DNA of 24,000 nucleotides from Lentisphaeraceae bacterium (lineage in GTDB: Bacteria; Verrucomicrobiota; Lentisphaeria; Lentisphaerales; Lentisphaeraceae), in the NCBI GenBank assembly GCA_021232515.1, contig JAJPOQ010000077.1, positions 3,732 to 27,731 on the forward strand, in the 5' to 3' direction. Shown one piece after another: positions 1 to 9,287 of this stretch. Position 1 is the stretch's first letter. Each line of letters starts with the position of its first letter. The notes below the pieces were generated by a model, which ran no database searches, had not been told where the DNA came from, and saw nothing but the letters and a program-made list of their open reading frames with translations. Both the position numbers and the translations under genes were made by a program.

Positions 1-38
1 ACATACAATGCTGTGAAATAGTAAATACCAATCTGCTG

Positions 39-1616
39 TTATTTTAATTCATTGTAGGCTAGACCCAAGCTAGCACGGTAGTCAGCGATAATACGAAAAT
101 ATTCAGCAATTATGTCTACGCGCTTTGCTGCAGCTGTTGCAGTTTTCTGCTCTCTAAGGTTGACTCTTAAAAGGTCACTTTGTCCTTCGCTTAACTTTAA
201 ACGTTCTACTTTTTCTATCTCATTTGCTAAAGCTACATTTTCAGAAACTTGAGAAAGTCGTAGCCATATTTGTTTGAGTGCAGATGTGGTATCTTTAACT
301 CGAGCTACAATCTTGTCCTGTGTCATTTTTTTCTCTTGAACTAATTGGGAAATTTTAGCCTCAATAGTTTTCAATTTACCTTTGGCTTTCCGTCTTTGAA
401 TAGGTACATCTAGTCTTAGAAATATACCAGCTTCGAAGGGTCCTTTAGTATCTGGATCTGTTGCTGTACTACCAACATCTTGAGAAATCTCTCCAGATAA
501 GTAGAGGTTTGGCAAAAGAGTATTCTCTGCAAGTTGTGCTTCAAGACTAAGTTCTTTTCTTTTTAAATCGTAAATTTGTAGCTCTGGCCTTTTTTCTAAA
601 GCTAGTTGTAGGTCTCCAACATGCAGAACTTTTTCAGGATCTTTTGGAATGGGAAGCATGTCAGGTACTCTTTGCGGATCGGGTACAACCGGGTTTCCAT
701 CTGAATCTCTCCAATAAAGAGAAAGAGCTATACCGGATTGTTGCAGGAGTCTTTCTGATTGAGTCACTATCGACTCTCTTTCTACAACTATTTGTCTATT
801 TTCAACAAGAGAAATCTTTGGAACTTCTCCTTCTTTAAGGGATAGTTCTAGAGCTTTATGTCTCTTTTCAGCAAGTTCTAACAGTTGTCTAGCAATATTT
901 AGTTTCTGCCCAGAAGCAACCCATTTCCAGTAAAGCTCTGCAGCTTTACGGGTAACCTCAAGTCTCTTTTCTAAAATCATAGGCTGTGCTTTATCTTGTG
1001 AAATACGAGACTTCCAAAGGTCTACTCTACGCTTATCTATAGATCGGTTTGCTAATAGAGGTAAACTTATACCGACGCTAAACTCTCCTCCACGATCACT
1101 TTGAAGGTCTCCATCCCAAGACGGAAAGTCACCTTGACCAATTTTATAACCACCAAATACTTTTGCTCCAAAGTCAGGAAAAGCTTGTTCGAGTTTTACT
1201 TTTGCCGTTTCGTTTTGGTAATAACCTTCACCATTTACATTGACCTCAGATTTTAAATATAAATCAAAGCCACCCTCAGCTGCTAATCTTTCACCATCTG
1301 CAATCTCGACGGTTTCCATAGCTGCCAAAATAAGTGGGAATTTATCTTCTGTAGACTTTATTAACTCTTGGAAAGTTAATTGGGCTTTTTTTATTTTTGT
1401 ATTTTTCTTTTTAGAAGTATCATCATCAACTTGTGCAATCAAAGCCAGATTCGGAGTATTTTTAACGGTGGCTTCTTTTATTTGCAGTCTGTTTACAGCA
1501 TCGTAATGATCCAGTTCTATTTTAGAAGAAGCGAATTTTGAATCATGATTAATACAGCTTGTAAATACAGATAAAACTAATAAGGAAACAGGTAATGCAC
1601 GGTGAAACTTCTTCAT
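39..1616 (-). CDS. TolC-family outer-membrane efflux/secretion channel, probable lipoprotein
   Basis: 525 aa ORF. N-terminal signal peptide ends in a lipobox-like FTSC. Long helical, coiled-coil-rich repeat architecture typical of outer membrane factor proteins. Its start overlaps the stop of the upstream HlyD gene by 4 nt (1613-1616), so it is the last gene of a three-gene operon. Confidence 0.85.
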   Translation of the reverse strand: MKKFHRALPVSLLVLSVFTSCINHDSKFASSKIELDHYDAVNRLQIKEATVKNTPNLALIAQVDDDTSKKKNTKIKKAQLTFQELIKSTEDKFPLILAAMETVEIADGERLAAEGGFDLYLKSEVNVNGEGYYQNETAKVKLEQAFPDFGAKVFGGYKIGQGDFPSWDGDLQSDRGGEFSVGISLPLLANRSIDKRRVDLWKSRISQDKAQPMILEKRLEVTRKAAELYWKWVASGQKLNIARQLLELAEKRHKALELSLKEGEVPKISLVENRQIVVERESIVTQSERLLQQSGIALSLYWRDSDGNPVVPDPQRVPDMLPIPKDPEKVLHVGDLQLALEKRPELQIYDLKRKELSLEAQLAENTLLPNLYLSGEISQDVGSTATDPDTKGPFEAGIFLRLDVPIQRRKAKGKLKTIEAKISQLVQEKKMTQDKIVARVKDTTSALKQIWLRLSQVSENVALANEIEKVERLKLSEGQSDLLRVNLREQKTATAAAKRVDIIAEYFRIIADYRASLGLAYNELK

Positions 1617-2968
1617 TTTTTAGAGCTCTCTTTACTCGACTTACCTAATTTATTTGAAGAAGATGACTTATCACTCGGAGTAGCGTTGTTATTCGTTATT
1701 GGAAAGGCATTTAGTTGTCGCCATATTTCGTAAGCAAGACTAACTGTATTTAATTGAATTTGTCCCGACGCTCTAACACCCTGCCTTAAAAACGGCTGCT
1801 CTGGCCATGGCTCTTCATCTGGATCTGGGCTAATCAATACACGCACATATCCATCAGCACGTGCTTGTGTATCAGTACGATAGACAATTCCACCAAAAGT
1901 TCCCATCGCAACCGATGCCCAACCGCCTATCTGAATTGCTGGCCAACCCTCAAATTGTACACGAGACTTTCGTCCTTGACTAATAAGAGGTGCATCAATA
2001 CCACGAACCCAAAATTCTAGAATAAAAGTGTCTGTCTCTGGAACTATATGCATAAGGCTTTGTCCACGAGAAATAACATCGCTTGCAACACCATCAATAC
2101 TCAATATTGTACCATCGTTAGGCGCAACTATTGTTTGTGTAGACTGACGTTGAAGTTTACTTTCGGCTTCTGTGAGGCTTTTTCTTACCTTCTGTAGATT
2201 TTGTGCTGATTTTTCTCTATCCGCCCGCAACTTGTTAATCTTGGCCATTTTCTCAGCTCCGATTTTTTTAACATCAGATGCTTTCGCCAATTCTTGATTA
2301 AGTGCCTCATCTACCTTAGCCTCGCTTGCCTTAACTTTAGATTTAGCAAGCTTATATTCTCCCTCTGCTTTTTGAACATTTAAAGTTGAGGTCGCACCTC
2401 CTTTAAGAAGCCTTTCTTTTCGACGATAGTCTTGTTCTTTTTGCTCTAATGTTGCCTTAAGGCCAGATAAAATCGCACGTTCAGCTCTGACTTTCTCAAC
2501 AGCAACTTTCAGCTGAGATGTAGCAGCTTTAATGGAAAATTGACGCTCTTCTTGTAGTTGAATGAGTTGATCATCTAAGGACTCTAGTGTGCTGTGAGCA
2601 GCCTCAAGCTCTTTCCTAACAAACCCTAACTGTTGAGCGAGACGAAGAGCGTAGTCTTTGTCCAAATCTTCCATCTCTGCCAGTGTATCACCTTTCTTGA
2701 CTACGTCACCTTCTTGAACATAAAGTTTAACTATACGACCACTGACAGGCGCAGGTATGATTCTAGTTCGTTCAAGTGGATTAAGTGCCGTAAGATGGCC
2801 TGTGGCAGATATGTTCTGTTGCCATGGAATTATAACTAAAAGAACAGGAACCGCAATGAGACTTATCAAAAGCGAAAAGCCTAAAAAGCGGCCAACACGC
2901 AGTCGACCAATTAGCTGATATGCTGGTAGATCTAATGGTAGGAGTTGATGTTTTTTTGAGCTAGACAT
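1613..2968 (-). CDS. HlyD-family membrane fusion (periplasmic adaptor) protein
   Basis: 451 aa. One N-terminal TM helix (FLGFSLLISLIAVPVLLVIIPW). Lipoyl-like motif (PAPVSGRIVKLYVQEGDVVKKGDTLAEM). A very long K/E/A/Q-rich coiled-coil hairpin. C-terminal beta-barrel segment (VAPNDGTILSI...). Ser/Lys-rich C-terminal tail. Lies 4 nt downstream of the ABC gene. Confidence 0.9.
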   Translation of the reverse strand: MSSSKKHQLLPLDLPAYQLIGRLRVGRFLGFSLLISLIAVPVLLVIIPWQQNISATGHLTALNPLERTRIIPAPVSGRIVKLYVQEGDVVKKGDTLAEMEDLDKDYALRLAQQLGFVRKELEAAHSTLESLDDQLIQLQEERQFSIKAATSQLKVAVEKVRAERAILSGLKATLEQKEQDYRRKERLLKGGATSTLNVQKAEGEYKLAKSKVKASEAKVDEALNQELAKASDVKKIGAEKMAKINKLRADREKSAQNLQKVRKSLTEAESKLQRQSTQTIVAPNDGTILSIDGVASDVISRGQSLMHIVPETDTFILEFWVRGIDAPLISQGRKSRVQFEGWPAIQIGGWASVAMGTFGGIVYRTDTQARADGYVRVLISPDPDEEPWPEQPFLRQGVRASGQIQLNTVSLAYEIWRQLNAFPITNNNATPSDKSSSSNKLGKSSKESSKK

Positions 2969-2972
2969 GAGT

Positions 2973-4736
2973 TTATGATTCCTCTTCTAAGTTATACCCA
3001 GAGGCGGTTTGTTGATTTGTCTTTGAGCTATCAGTGTTACTCAGTTCTAGGACTTCATTACAACGTTCTAGAACCTCCGGAAGGTCAGATGCAATAACTA
3101 AAGTCCATGGATTATCTTTTTTAAATAAATTATCAAAAATGGAGTTCCTAACATGAGGTAAGGAGTGATCAAATAGGGCGTCAACGGCGAGTACCGAAGG
3201 AGAGCCCACAAGTGCACGTGCAAGCATTAAACGTCGTAATTCATCATCCGACAACAAACATCCAAGTGGATGAAGTATAGTATTTAAGCCCTCTGGTAAT
3301 GCATCAATAACCTCAGTTAAACCAGCAAAGCTGATCGCTTTAAGGATGTCTTCATAAGTTACTGAATCTCGATGTAAGCTAATGTTTTCGCTGATTGAGC
3401 CATTTATAACTTCTACTGTTGAAACAATAGCTATCTCACTACGTAATTCATTTAATGCTAAATCACGAGTATCTATTCCTGAAAGCTTTATAAAACCCGA
3501 TGTAGGTTCTCTCAAACCCCATATAATGTCGAGAAGTATGGTCTTATCTATGTCGTTTGAAATATGAAGACCGATTTTTCCTCCAGCTTCAACAGATAAA
3601 TTTATATTTTTAAACGCACGGTCTTTTCGAGATGCCTTCCATGAAAGGTTGTTGAATTGAAGTGATGACCCAGACTCTTGACTAGGGACTACTTGCTCGC
3701 CACCAGTGCGATGTATAGGGGTGTCCAGTAACTGACCAACTTTATAAACTGCAGCCATGAGGTCGTACCAAGTTTCTAGATGTTTACCACTCTTAGAAAT
3801 AGAATATACAATACCAGTAACTATAAGTTCAGCTGCTACAAGTTGTCCTATCGATAAACTTCCTTTCAGTACCAACCAACCTCCCAAACCAAGTAAGATA
3901 ACGCTAGCAACAACGTATAAAAACTGCACACTTATTATCTGTAAAAACAAAACACGAAAATGTGATTTTCTAGTTTTTACCCACTTAGTCGTAAGTTCAT
4001 CAGATTTATCGAAGATCCATTGTTGGGTTTCACCTGTGCGAAATGCCCGTGGTACTCTCGCTATTTCTTCGAGCCAAGCAGCAACTTCATACTTTGCAGA
4101 ACTTTCACTAATGGCAGTACCTTGACCTCGCTTCAGTGGCAAAAACAATATTACTGCAATGACAACAATCAAAAATACGTCGAATATAAGTAGTAAGGGG
4201 TGATATGCTGCCAAAACAGAAAGACCTACAATAATTGCTAGGATAGTACCAAGAGCATCTATAAGGAGTTTGGGAGCAGCCTTTTGTATTGTAAGGATGT
4301 CAAAAAAGCGATTAACTAACTCAGGGCCATGACCTGAATTATATTCTTCTATTTTAACTTTAGGCACGCGTGCAGTTAAATCTGCAGTTAATCTAACAAA
4401 TATACGCTGCTGGAGTAACTCAACCGTCCAAGTTTGAATACAAAATAATGTTGCCGCAATACCCAGTGCTAATGCTAACAAGGATGTTATGATTACTATT
4501 GGTTGGATCAAACCACCAAAAGTTACAGCATTTACAATAGCCTGTACGGCAATCGGACTCGCCAATAGTAACAAACCAATGCTTGTAGCGAAAGCAATTA
4601 TTATGACAATATCCATTTTCTCTGGACGTAGCAAAACTTTCAGTCTTTGAAATGGAGAAAATTTTGAGTCAAAATCAGCTATTGGTGGTATTGAAGAAGA
4701 GTGTTTATCCAGTTTCTTTTTTTTCATATATGCCAA
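2973..4736 (-). CDS. ABC exporter-like protein (6-TM domain plus degenerate nucleotide-binding domain)
   Basis: 587 aa. The N-terminal half has about 6 hydrophobic helices, as in type I ABC exporters. The C-terminal half aligns by eye to an ABC NBD, but Walker A reads HISNDIDKT, the signature reads LSDDE, Walker B reads VLAVDA, and no H-loop His is present. The ORF-track start at 4736 is TTG; an ATG at 4727 (MKKKKLDK...) is an equally plausible start. Confidence 0.85.
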   Translation of the reverse strand: MAYMKKKKLDKHSSSIPPIADFDSKFSPFQRLKVLLRPEKMDIVIIIAFATSIGLLLLASPIAVQAIVNAVTFGGLIQPIVIITSLLALALGIAATLFCIQTWTVELLQQRIFVRLTADLTARVPKVKIEEYNSGHGPELVNRFFDILTIQKAAPKLLIDALGTILAIIVGLSVLAAYHPLLLIFDVFLIVVIAVILFLPLKRGQGTAISESSAKYEVAAWLEEIARVPRAFRTGETQQWIFDKSDELTTKWVKTRKSHFRVLFLQIISVQFLYVVASVILLGLGGWLVLKGSLSIGQLVAAELIVTGIVYSISKSGKHLETWYDLMAAVYKVGQLLDTPIHRTGGEQVVPSQESGSSLQFNNLSWKASRKDRAFKNINLSVEAGGKIGLHISNDIDKTILLDIIWGLREPTSGFIKLSGIDTRDLALNELRSEIAIVSTVEVINGSISENISLHRDSVTYEDILKAISFAGLTEVIDALPEGLNTILHPLGCLLSDDELRRLMLARALVGSPSVLAVDALFDHSLPHVRNSIFDNLFKKDNPWTLVIASDLPEVLERCNEVLELSNTDSSKTNQQTASGYNLEEES

Positions 4737-5185
4737 TATTGGTAATTGTTTATTTTATAAGAAAATTTCGGGTATATGCAGAATGTTTGCTAATCAGAAT
4801 ATGAACAAGCTAGCACTTGTAAGTAGATGCCTAGTTTAATCCAATTCAATAGCTGAATCCAAGTCCATTAAGTAAAATATCAGTTCTTACAATCTAACCT
4901 CTATAAATTATAAAGATGAGTACATTCAATGTGACCTGATACCTTAGCCTCTGAAGCTCTAATTAGTTTCACATACAAACTACTAAGAGTCCTAAAATTT
5001 GTTTATTTTTTAGAAGTTTCCAGAAATGTGATTCAAAGCTCTAGAGTAAAACTAGATACAGTCACTCTTTTTTTAAGTATCCAGATTTGTTAAATTTAAA
5101 ACTCATAACAGTAACTCCAAAGTTAATTTTTACGCATTTCTCAATGATTGCTAAAGATTATGCAATCTTTCTATGTATGCAAGTA

Positions 5186-5203
5186 CGTGTTTTAAAAAAC
5201 ACG
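5186..5203. repeat. Perfect 8-2-8 palindrome CGTGTTTT-AA-AAAACACG in the long intergenic region
   Basis: Read directly: the reverse complement of CGTGTTTT (5186-5193) is AAAACACG (5196-5203). Function unknown; it could be an operator. Confidence 0.5.
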
Positions 5204-5426
5204 ATATATTTTTCATGCTTATTAATTCATGTCTCTAGTTAAAAGATTCAACAAGACAATCATAAATGTATCAAAAATATTAAGATAAGTGTAATTAGTG
5301 AATCTAAACACAACTAAACATAGTTTTCCAACGGTCAATTAAAGACAATGGACTTACCCACTTTGAAAACGACTCGAATCTATCTGAATAAAAAAATGTC
5401 CTCTTGTACTAGTCGATTAGCAATAG

Positions 5427-5454
5427 TTGATTTTTATTTTTATTGCGATATAAT
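5427..5454 (+). promoter_or_regulatory. Candidate sigma70-type promoter for galM (TTGATT-N16-TATAAT)
   Basis: -35-like TTGATT at 5427-5432 and a perfect -10 TATAAT at 5449-5454 with a 16 nt spacer, about 107 nt upstream of the galM ATG. In sequence this AT-rich, such matches can arise by chance. Confidence 0.25.
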
Positions 5455-5560
5455 TACAAAATAAAATCATTTTAAAATATATATAAATAACTAATTATTA
5501 ATTATTTAAATAAATACAATAGATAGTAAACACACATCAATTTTAAAATTAGACGCAATT

Positions 5561-6601
5561 ATGAAAATAAAAAAACAAGAATTCGGTGTTCATAACGGAC
5601 AAACCATAAATCGCATAGAACTTATAAACTCAACTGGTGCTTCTGTTTCATTTATAGAATTTGGTGCACGCCTTGTTTCACTAAATGTTCCCGATAGAAA
5701 CGGGAAAATAGAAGATGTCTTTCTCGGTTATAACTCTCTGAAAGAATATGAAGAAGATGGCAACTCATTTGGTGCGACCAATGGTCGTGTAAGTAACAGA
5801 ATTGCCCACGGAAAAATGACTATAAACGGTATTGACTACGATCTAGAAAAAAATCTAGAGGCACATCATATTCACGGTGGTAGCAAAGGACTTAAAAAGT
5901 CAGTTTGGGAATCTCAAGTTTCTAGCGATGAAAACTCAGCAACAGTTACCTTTTCAATTATTTCGCCTGATGGTGACGACGGCTACCCTGGAAACTTATC
6001 GGTCAAAGCTGCTTATACATGGAATGAAGAAAACCAGCTAACATTTGAGCTCAAAGCAACAACTGATAAAGCCTGTCCAATCAACATCACTCAGCATGCT
6101 TACTTCAACTTAAGTGGTTTCAACTCAAAGAACGCTCTCGATCATGAGTTAAAAATATTTGCCGATAACAGAATCGAATACTTTGATGATGGTATCCCTA
6201 CAGGAAATCTTCTAGAAACTAAAAATACTGCTTACGATTTCAATTCCTCAACAAAAGTTTCAGATGCTTTGGCAAAAGATGAAAACAGCTTCGACGTAAC
6301 CATGGCCTTAAATAAATCATCTAACTATTCTCTAGATCTAGCCGCTGAACTCTTTGAACCCAACTCAGGTCGTAAAATGAGCATCTCAACGACTCGTCCT
6401 GGCATACACTTTTACACAGCAAACCACTTAGAAAATGTTGCTGGAAAAAATGGTAAAGTCTATGATAAACATGCTGGACTAAGTCTTGAACCTGGTCACT
6501 TTCCAGACGCTATACACCACGCAAATTTTCCTGAAACTCTTCTTCAACCTGGAGATACTTTTACGGCGAAAAACGTCTACAGTTTTTCAGTAGTAGACTA
6601 A
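5561..6601 (+). CDS. galM: Aldose 1-epimerase (galactose mutarotase)
   Basis: 346 aa. Family-typical segments are GFNSLKEYE-like (LGYNSLKEYEEDGNSFGATNGRVSNRI), HIHGG, TQHAYFNL and a C-terminal LEPGHFPDA. Confidence 0.9.
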   Translation: MKIKKQEFGVHNGQTINRIELINSTGASVSFIEFGARLVSLNVPDRNGKIEDVFLGYNSLKEYEEDGNSFGATNGRVSNRIAHGKMTINGIDYDLEKNLEAHHIHGGSKGLKKSVWESQVSSDENSATVTFSIISPDGDDGYPGNLSVKAAYTWNEENQLTFELKATTDKACPINITQHAYFNLSGFNSKNALDHELKIFADNRIEYFDDGIPTGNLLETKNTAYDFNSSTKVSDALAKDENSFDVTMALNKSSNYSLDLAAELFEPNSGRKMSISTTRPGIHFYTANHLENVAGKNGKVYDKHAGLSLEPGHFPDAIHHANFPETLLQPGDTFTAKNVYSFSVVD

Positions 6602-6681
6602 ATAAAATTAAATAAATTCCTTATATCAGCTTGTCTTGATCAAACAATGAGTAGATTAGCTGCAAAATTTTAGGAAACTTT

Positions 6682-7563
6682 ATGACCATTTTAGGAAGTC
6701 ACAGCGGTAAATTTCATGCCGACGACGTTTTTGCTATAGCAGCTTTAAGTTTATTGCACCCAGACTATAAGATTCTTCGTTCTAGAAAATCTGAAGACTG
6801 GGCCAAGTGCGACTATTTAGTAGACGTCGGCGGTGTTTATGACCACGCCAATAAAATCTACGATCACCATTTTAAAAATGGACCAACTTATGAAGACGGT
6901 CTACCTATGTCGTCAATCGGTCTAGTTTGGAAACACTATGGTAGTGAGATTTGCCAATCACCAGAAATAGCTGAGCGCATTTGCTGGAAGTTTATTCGTA
7001 CACTTGATGCACATGACAACGGTATAGAACTGACGACTAAAGCTGATAATGGCTTTAGTGTTGGCGATGTTTCTGTTAGTTCATTGGTAGCTGTTATGAA
7101 TCCTACAGACTTTTCAAAAGCTGACGAAGTGTTTGAGCAAGAAGTAAATAGAGCACGTGAAGTTCTTAAAGCTTACATTGCTAAAGCTCAAAAATGGTTT
7201 GCTAGTAAGCAAGAAACTGTTGACTCGATAAAACGAGCTAATGCCGAAGGAAAACGCTACTTGGAAGTCAGTGAAAACTGTAACTTTATGGAGCACTTAC
7301 TTTCAACAGAAGAAGGTAAAAATATTCTTTTTGTCATGTATCCAAATGACGAAAAATGGTATGCTCGAACAGTTTCTGAAAAACTGGGAAGTTTCAACGA
7401 TAGAAAGTCATTTCCAAATGAATGGGCTGGACTTAGAGATGAAGGATTCTCTGAAATTGCGAATATTCCAGACGGAGTTTTCTGTCACCACTCATGCTTT
7501 ATCTGCGGATCGCACAGCCATGAATCAACTACCAAGTTAGTTCAGCAGGCAATCCAAGCATAA
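6682..7563 (+). CDS. MYG1-family (UPF0160) metal-dependent hydrolase/exonuclease homologue
   Basis: 293 aa. The N-terminus GSHSGKFHADDVFAIAAL matches the hallmark GTHxGxFHADE motif of MYG1/UPF0160. Further His-rich motifs follow (DHHF, DAHDNG). AGGAAA sits 12 nt upstream of the ATG. Confidence 0.85.
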   Translation: MTILGSHSGKFHADDVFAIAALSLLHPDYKILRSRKSEDWAKCDYLVDVGGVYDHANKIYDHHFKNGPTYEDGLPMSSIGLVWKHYGSEICQSPEIAERICWKFIRTLDAHDNGIELTTKADNGFSVGDVSVSSLVAVMNPTDFSKADEVFEQEVNRAREVLKAYIAKAQKWFASKQETVDSIKRANAEGKRYLEVSENCNFMEHLLSTEEGKNILFVMYPNDEKWYARTVSEKLGSFNDRKSFPNEWAGLRDEGFSEIANIPDGVFCHHSCFICGSHSHESTTKLVQQAIQA

Positions 7564-7595
7564 AAAAAATCACTTCAAAAAATGAAGTAGTTTTT
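7562..7595. terminator. Weak candidate bidirectional terminator between convergent MYG1-like and apaG genes
   Basis: A-tract (7562-7569), stem ACTTCA (7572-7577), loop AAAAA, stem TGAAGT (7583-7588), T-tract (7591-7595). The stem is only 6 bp and AT-rich. Confidence 0.35.
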
Positions 7596-7615
7596 AATAA
7601 CCCTTATGTGGAAGT

Positions 7616-8020
7616 CTAAGTTAGGCTTCCCATATCTGCATTTGTCGCTAAGTAAAATCTAGCAACTTCAACTTTGATTACGTCTCCATCTTCTCGTTCA
7701 AAGATGTAGTAACCTTCCATTGTTCCAAATGGTGTATCTAAAATACTAAAACTATCGTATTCATAAAATTCTCCAGGTTTCAAAGTCGGAGTTTCTCCAA
7801 CTACGCCACAACCTCGTACTTCATGCTCATCCCCTTCTGCATTGATAATTTTCCAGTATCGACTTTTAAGTGTAACATCGATCTCAGATTCATTGTGAAT
7901 GATGATGTGATACGAGAATAAGTAGCGGTTTTGCTCAGGAGAAGAATGATCAGACTGGTACGATGGCAATGCGCGCACTCGAACCTTCTCTGTAACTACT
8001 TCTGATGAAATCATATCCAT
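7616..8020 (-). CDS. apaG: ApaG (DUF525) protein
   Basis: 134 aa. Characteristic ApaG segments: RYLFSYHIIIHNESE, SRYWKIINAEGDEHEVRGCGVVGETPTLKPGEFYEYDS, TPFGTMEGYY. RBS AAGAGG lies 5 nt upstream of the ATG. Confidence 0.9.
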   Translation of the reverse strand: MDMISSEVVTEKVRVRALPSYQSDHSSPEQNRYLFSYHIIIHNESEIDVTLKSRYWKIINAEGDEHEVRGCGVVGETPTLKPGEFYEYDSFSILDTPFGTMEGYYIFEREDGDVIKVEVARFYLATNADMGSLT

Positions 8021-8216
8021 ATAAACCTCTTATTCGCCAAATCAGTGTAAACGATCTTCCCGTTGTTACTAATAATAATTGGAATTGATTCCGAGTGCAA
8101 GAGTAGAGTTGAAAATCCTTATATTTGTTACAGAAAACAACTTTTTCCACATTTAAACATGGCATGCCACATGCGGTGATGAATGAGCGGATCAATAGAT
8201 AACAGAGAGACAAGCA

Positions 8217-9287
8217 ATGGGAATATTTTCATTTTTCAGCCGGTTATTCGGCGGTGACAGTTCAGAATCAGTCAGTGTTAAGGTTGCTGACATCAAAGAA
8301 GAAAAACCTGTAGAAGAAAACTCAGAAGGTGCTGAGAATTCCGACACTCAAGAACCAGAATCTCTTTGGTGGGAAAATCCAATAATAAAAGATGAACACA
8401 TTCAGTTTGATGCAGTTACAAATACAGTTCTCTACGACGAATTACATAGAAGTATCAAAGAACACCGACTAGAAATAATCGAAATACCAGACAATCTTTC
8501 GGCCATACTAGGCATACTTCACAAAAAGAATTTTCAGTACCCTGAAATAGTAGATCTTGTAGAACATAGTCCTGTATTGACTGGTGACTTTCTCTCAGTT
8601 GCCAACTCAGCCGCTTTTAGTCGTGGTATAGCTATACGAAACTTAACTCAAGCTCTTCCGCGTCTTGGTAAACAATCTATTCAGTCCATTCTCTTTCTAA
8701 ATGCATCGAAACTCTCTGTCCCAGATAGTCCCATTTTCACAAATGTCGCCGAAGAAGTTATCACTGAAAGTCAAGCTGTTGCAAAAATAGCTAGAGTTCT
8801 TTCTCGTCAGTTTGGCCTCGATCCAAATGAAACTTTCCTTGCTGGATTACTTCACAACGTTGGTAAGCTTGGTTTATTGAAGCAGATCTCTATCCACTAT
8901 GATCTACCCGACGATATCGACGTAGAGTACCACCAGTCGCTCTTTAAGAACATTTTCCCTATATTCCACAACGAAGCCGGGAAAATCATCGGACAGTACT
9001 GGAAATTGGATTCTAGGACCATTGAAGTGATCCATATGCATAACAATCTTCAGAAACTAATCGACATGGACGCTGACAGCGAAACCCTAAGGCTGGCTTC
9101 ACTAATTAACCTCTCGGTCTATATAAGCCGTATTCTAGGCTTCAGTAACAGTCTTCATGAAGGAGCCGACCTCTTCAATCAAGGTGCTTGTCAGGTACTA
9201 GGTTTTGAAGACACGCCAGCAAACCGCAAGGTTCTCAACAAGATGTACGACGATATAATCGAAGTTGAGGAAGAAGCCGTAGCTTAA
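8217..9287 (+). CDS. HDOD-domain signalling protein with acidic disordered N-terminus
   Basis: 356 aa. The core matches the HDOD pattern (LPRLGKQSIQSILF..., FLAGLLHNVGKLGLL). The first ~50 residues are E/S-rich and low complexity. Its stop overlaps the convergent downstream gene by 4 nt. Confidence 0.85.
   Translation: MGIFSFFSRLFGGDSSESVSVKVADIKEEKPVEENSEGAENSDTQEPESLWWENPIIKDEHIQFDAVTNTVLYDELHRSIKEHRLEIIEIPDNLSAILGILHKKNFQYPEIVDLVEHSPVLTGDFLSVANSAAFSRGIAIRNLTQALPRLGKQSIQSILFLNASKLSVPDSPIFTNVAEEVITESQAVAKIARVLSRQFGLDPNETFLAGLLHNVGKLGLLKQISIHYDLPDDIDVEYHQSLFKNIFPIFHNEAGKIIGQYWKLDSRTIEVIHMHNNLQKLIDMDADSETLRLASLINLSVYISRILGFSNSLHEGADLFNQGACQVLGFEDTPANRKVLNKMYDDIIEVEEEAVA

Noticed and set aside
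644-4125. Plus-strand ORFs embedded antisense in the exporter operon (644-838, 1240-1506, 2633-2839, 3382-3567, 3757-4125)
   Set aside because: All lie entirely inside longer minus-strand genes with clear family signatures. Their translations are low-complexity, Ser/Leu/Phe-rich antisense artefacts with no motifs.
5144-5242. 32-codon ORF (MIAKDYAIFLCMQVRVLKNTIYFSCLLIHVSS) in the long AT-rich gap, considered as a possible exported peptide for the adjacent exporter
   Set aside because: It has no RBS, is on the opposite strand to the exporter operon, and has no leader-peptide features. The 18-bp palindrome lies inside it, which favours a DNA or RNA element over coding sequence.
5371-5380. GACTCGAATC, reminiscent of a tRNA T-loop (GGTTCGAATCC)
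   Set aside because: There are no flanking complementary T-stem, acceptor stem or anticodon arm, so this is an isolated chance match.
7241-7540. 99-aa same-strand alternative-frame ORF inside the MYG1-like gene, and similar embedded ORFs (7114-7296, 9907-10113, 10314-10613, 14090-14371, 14097-14306, 16561-16854, 18642-18833, 19163-19369, 19828-20460, 21647-22201, 23212-23660)
   Set aside because: All are fully nested in, or largely overlap, genes with strong family signatures. They have biased, motif-free translations, so there is no evidence for overlapping genes.
7950-8213. 87-aa minus-strand ORF upstream of and overlapping the apaG start
   Set aside because: It is out of frame with apaG and overlaps apaG's well-supported start, which has an AAGAGG RBS. 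Its Cys/Leu-rich composition has no recognisable motif. The region is more likely the divergent apaG / HDOD promoter region.
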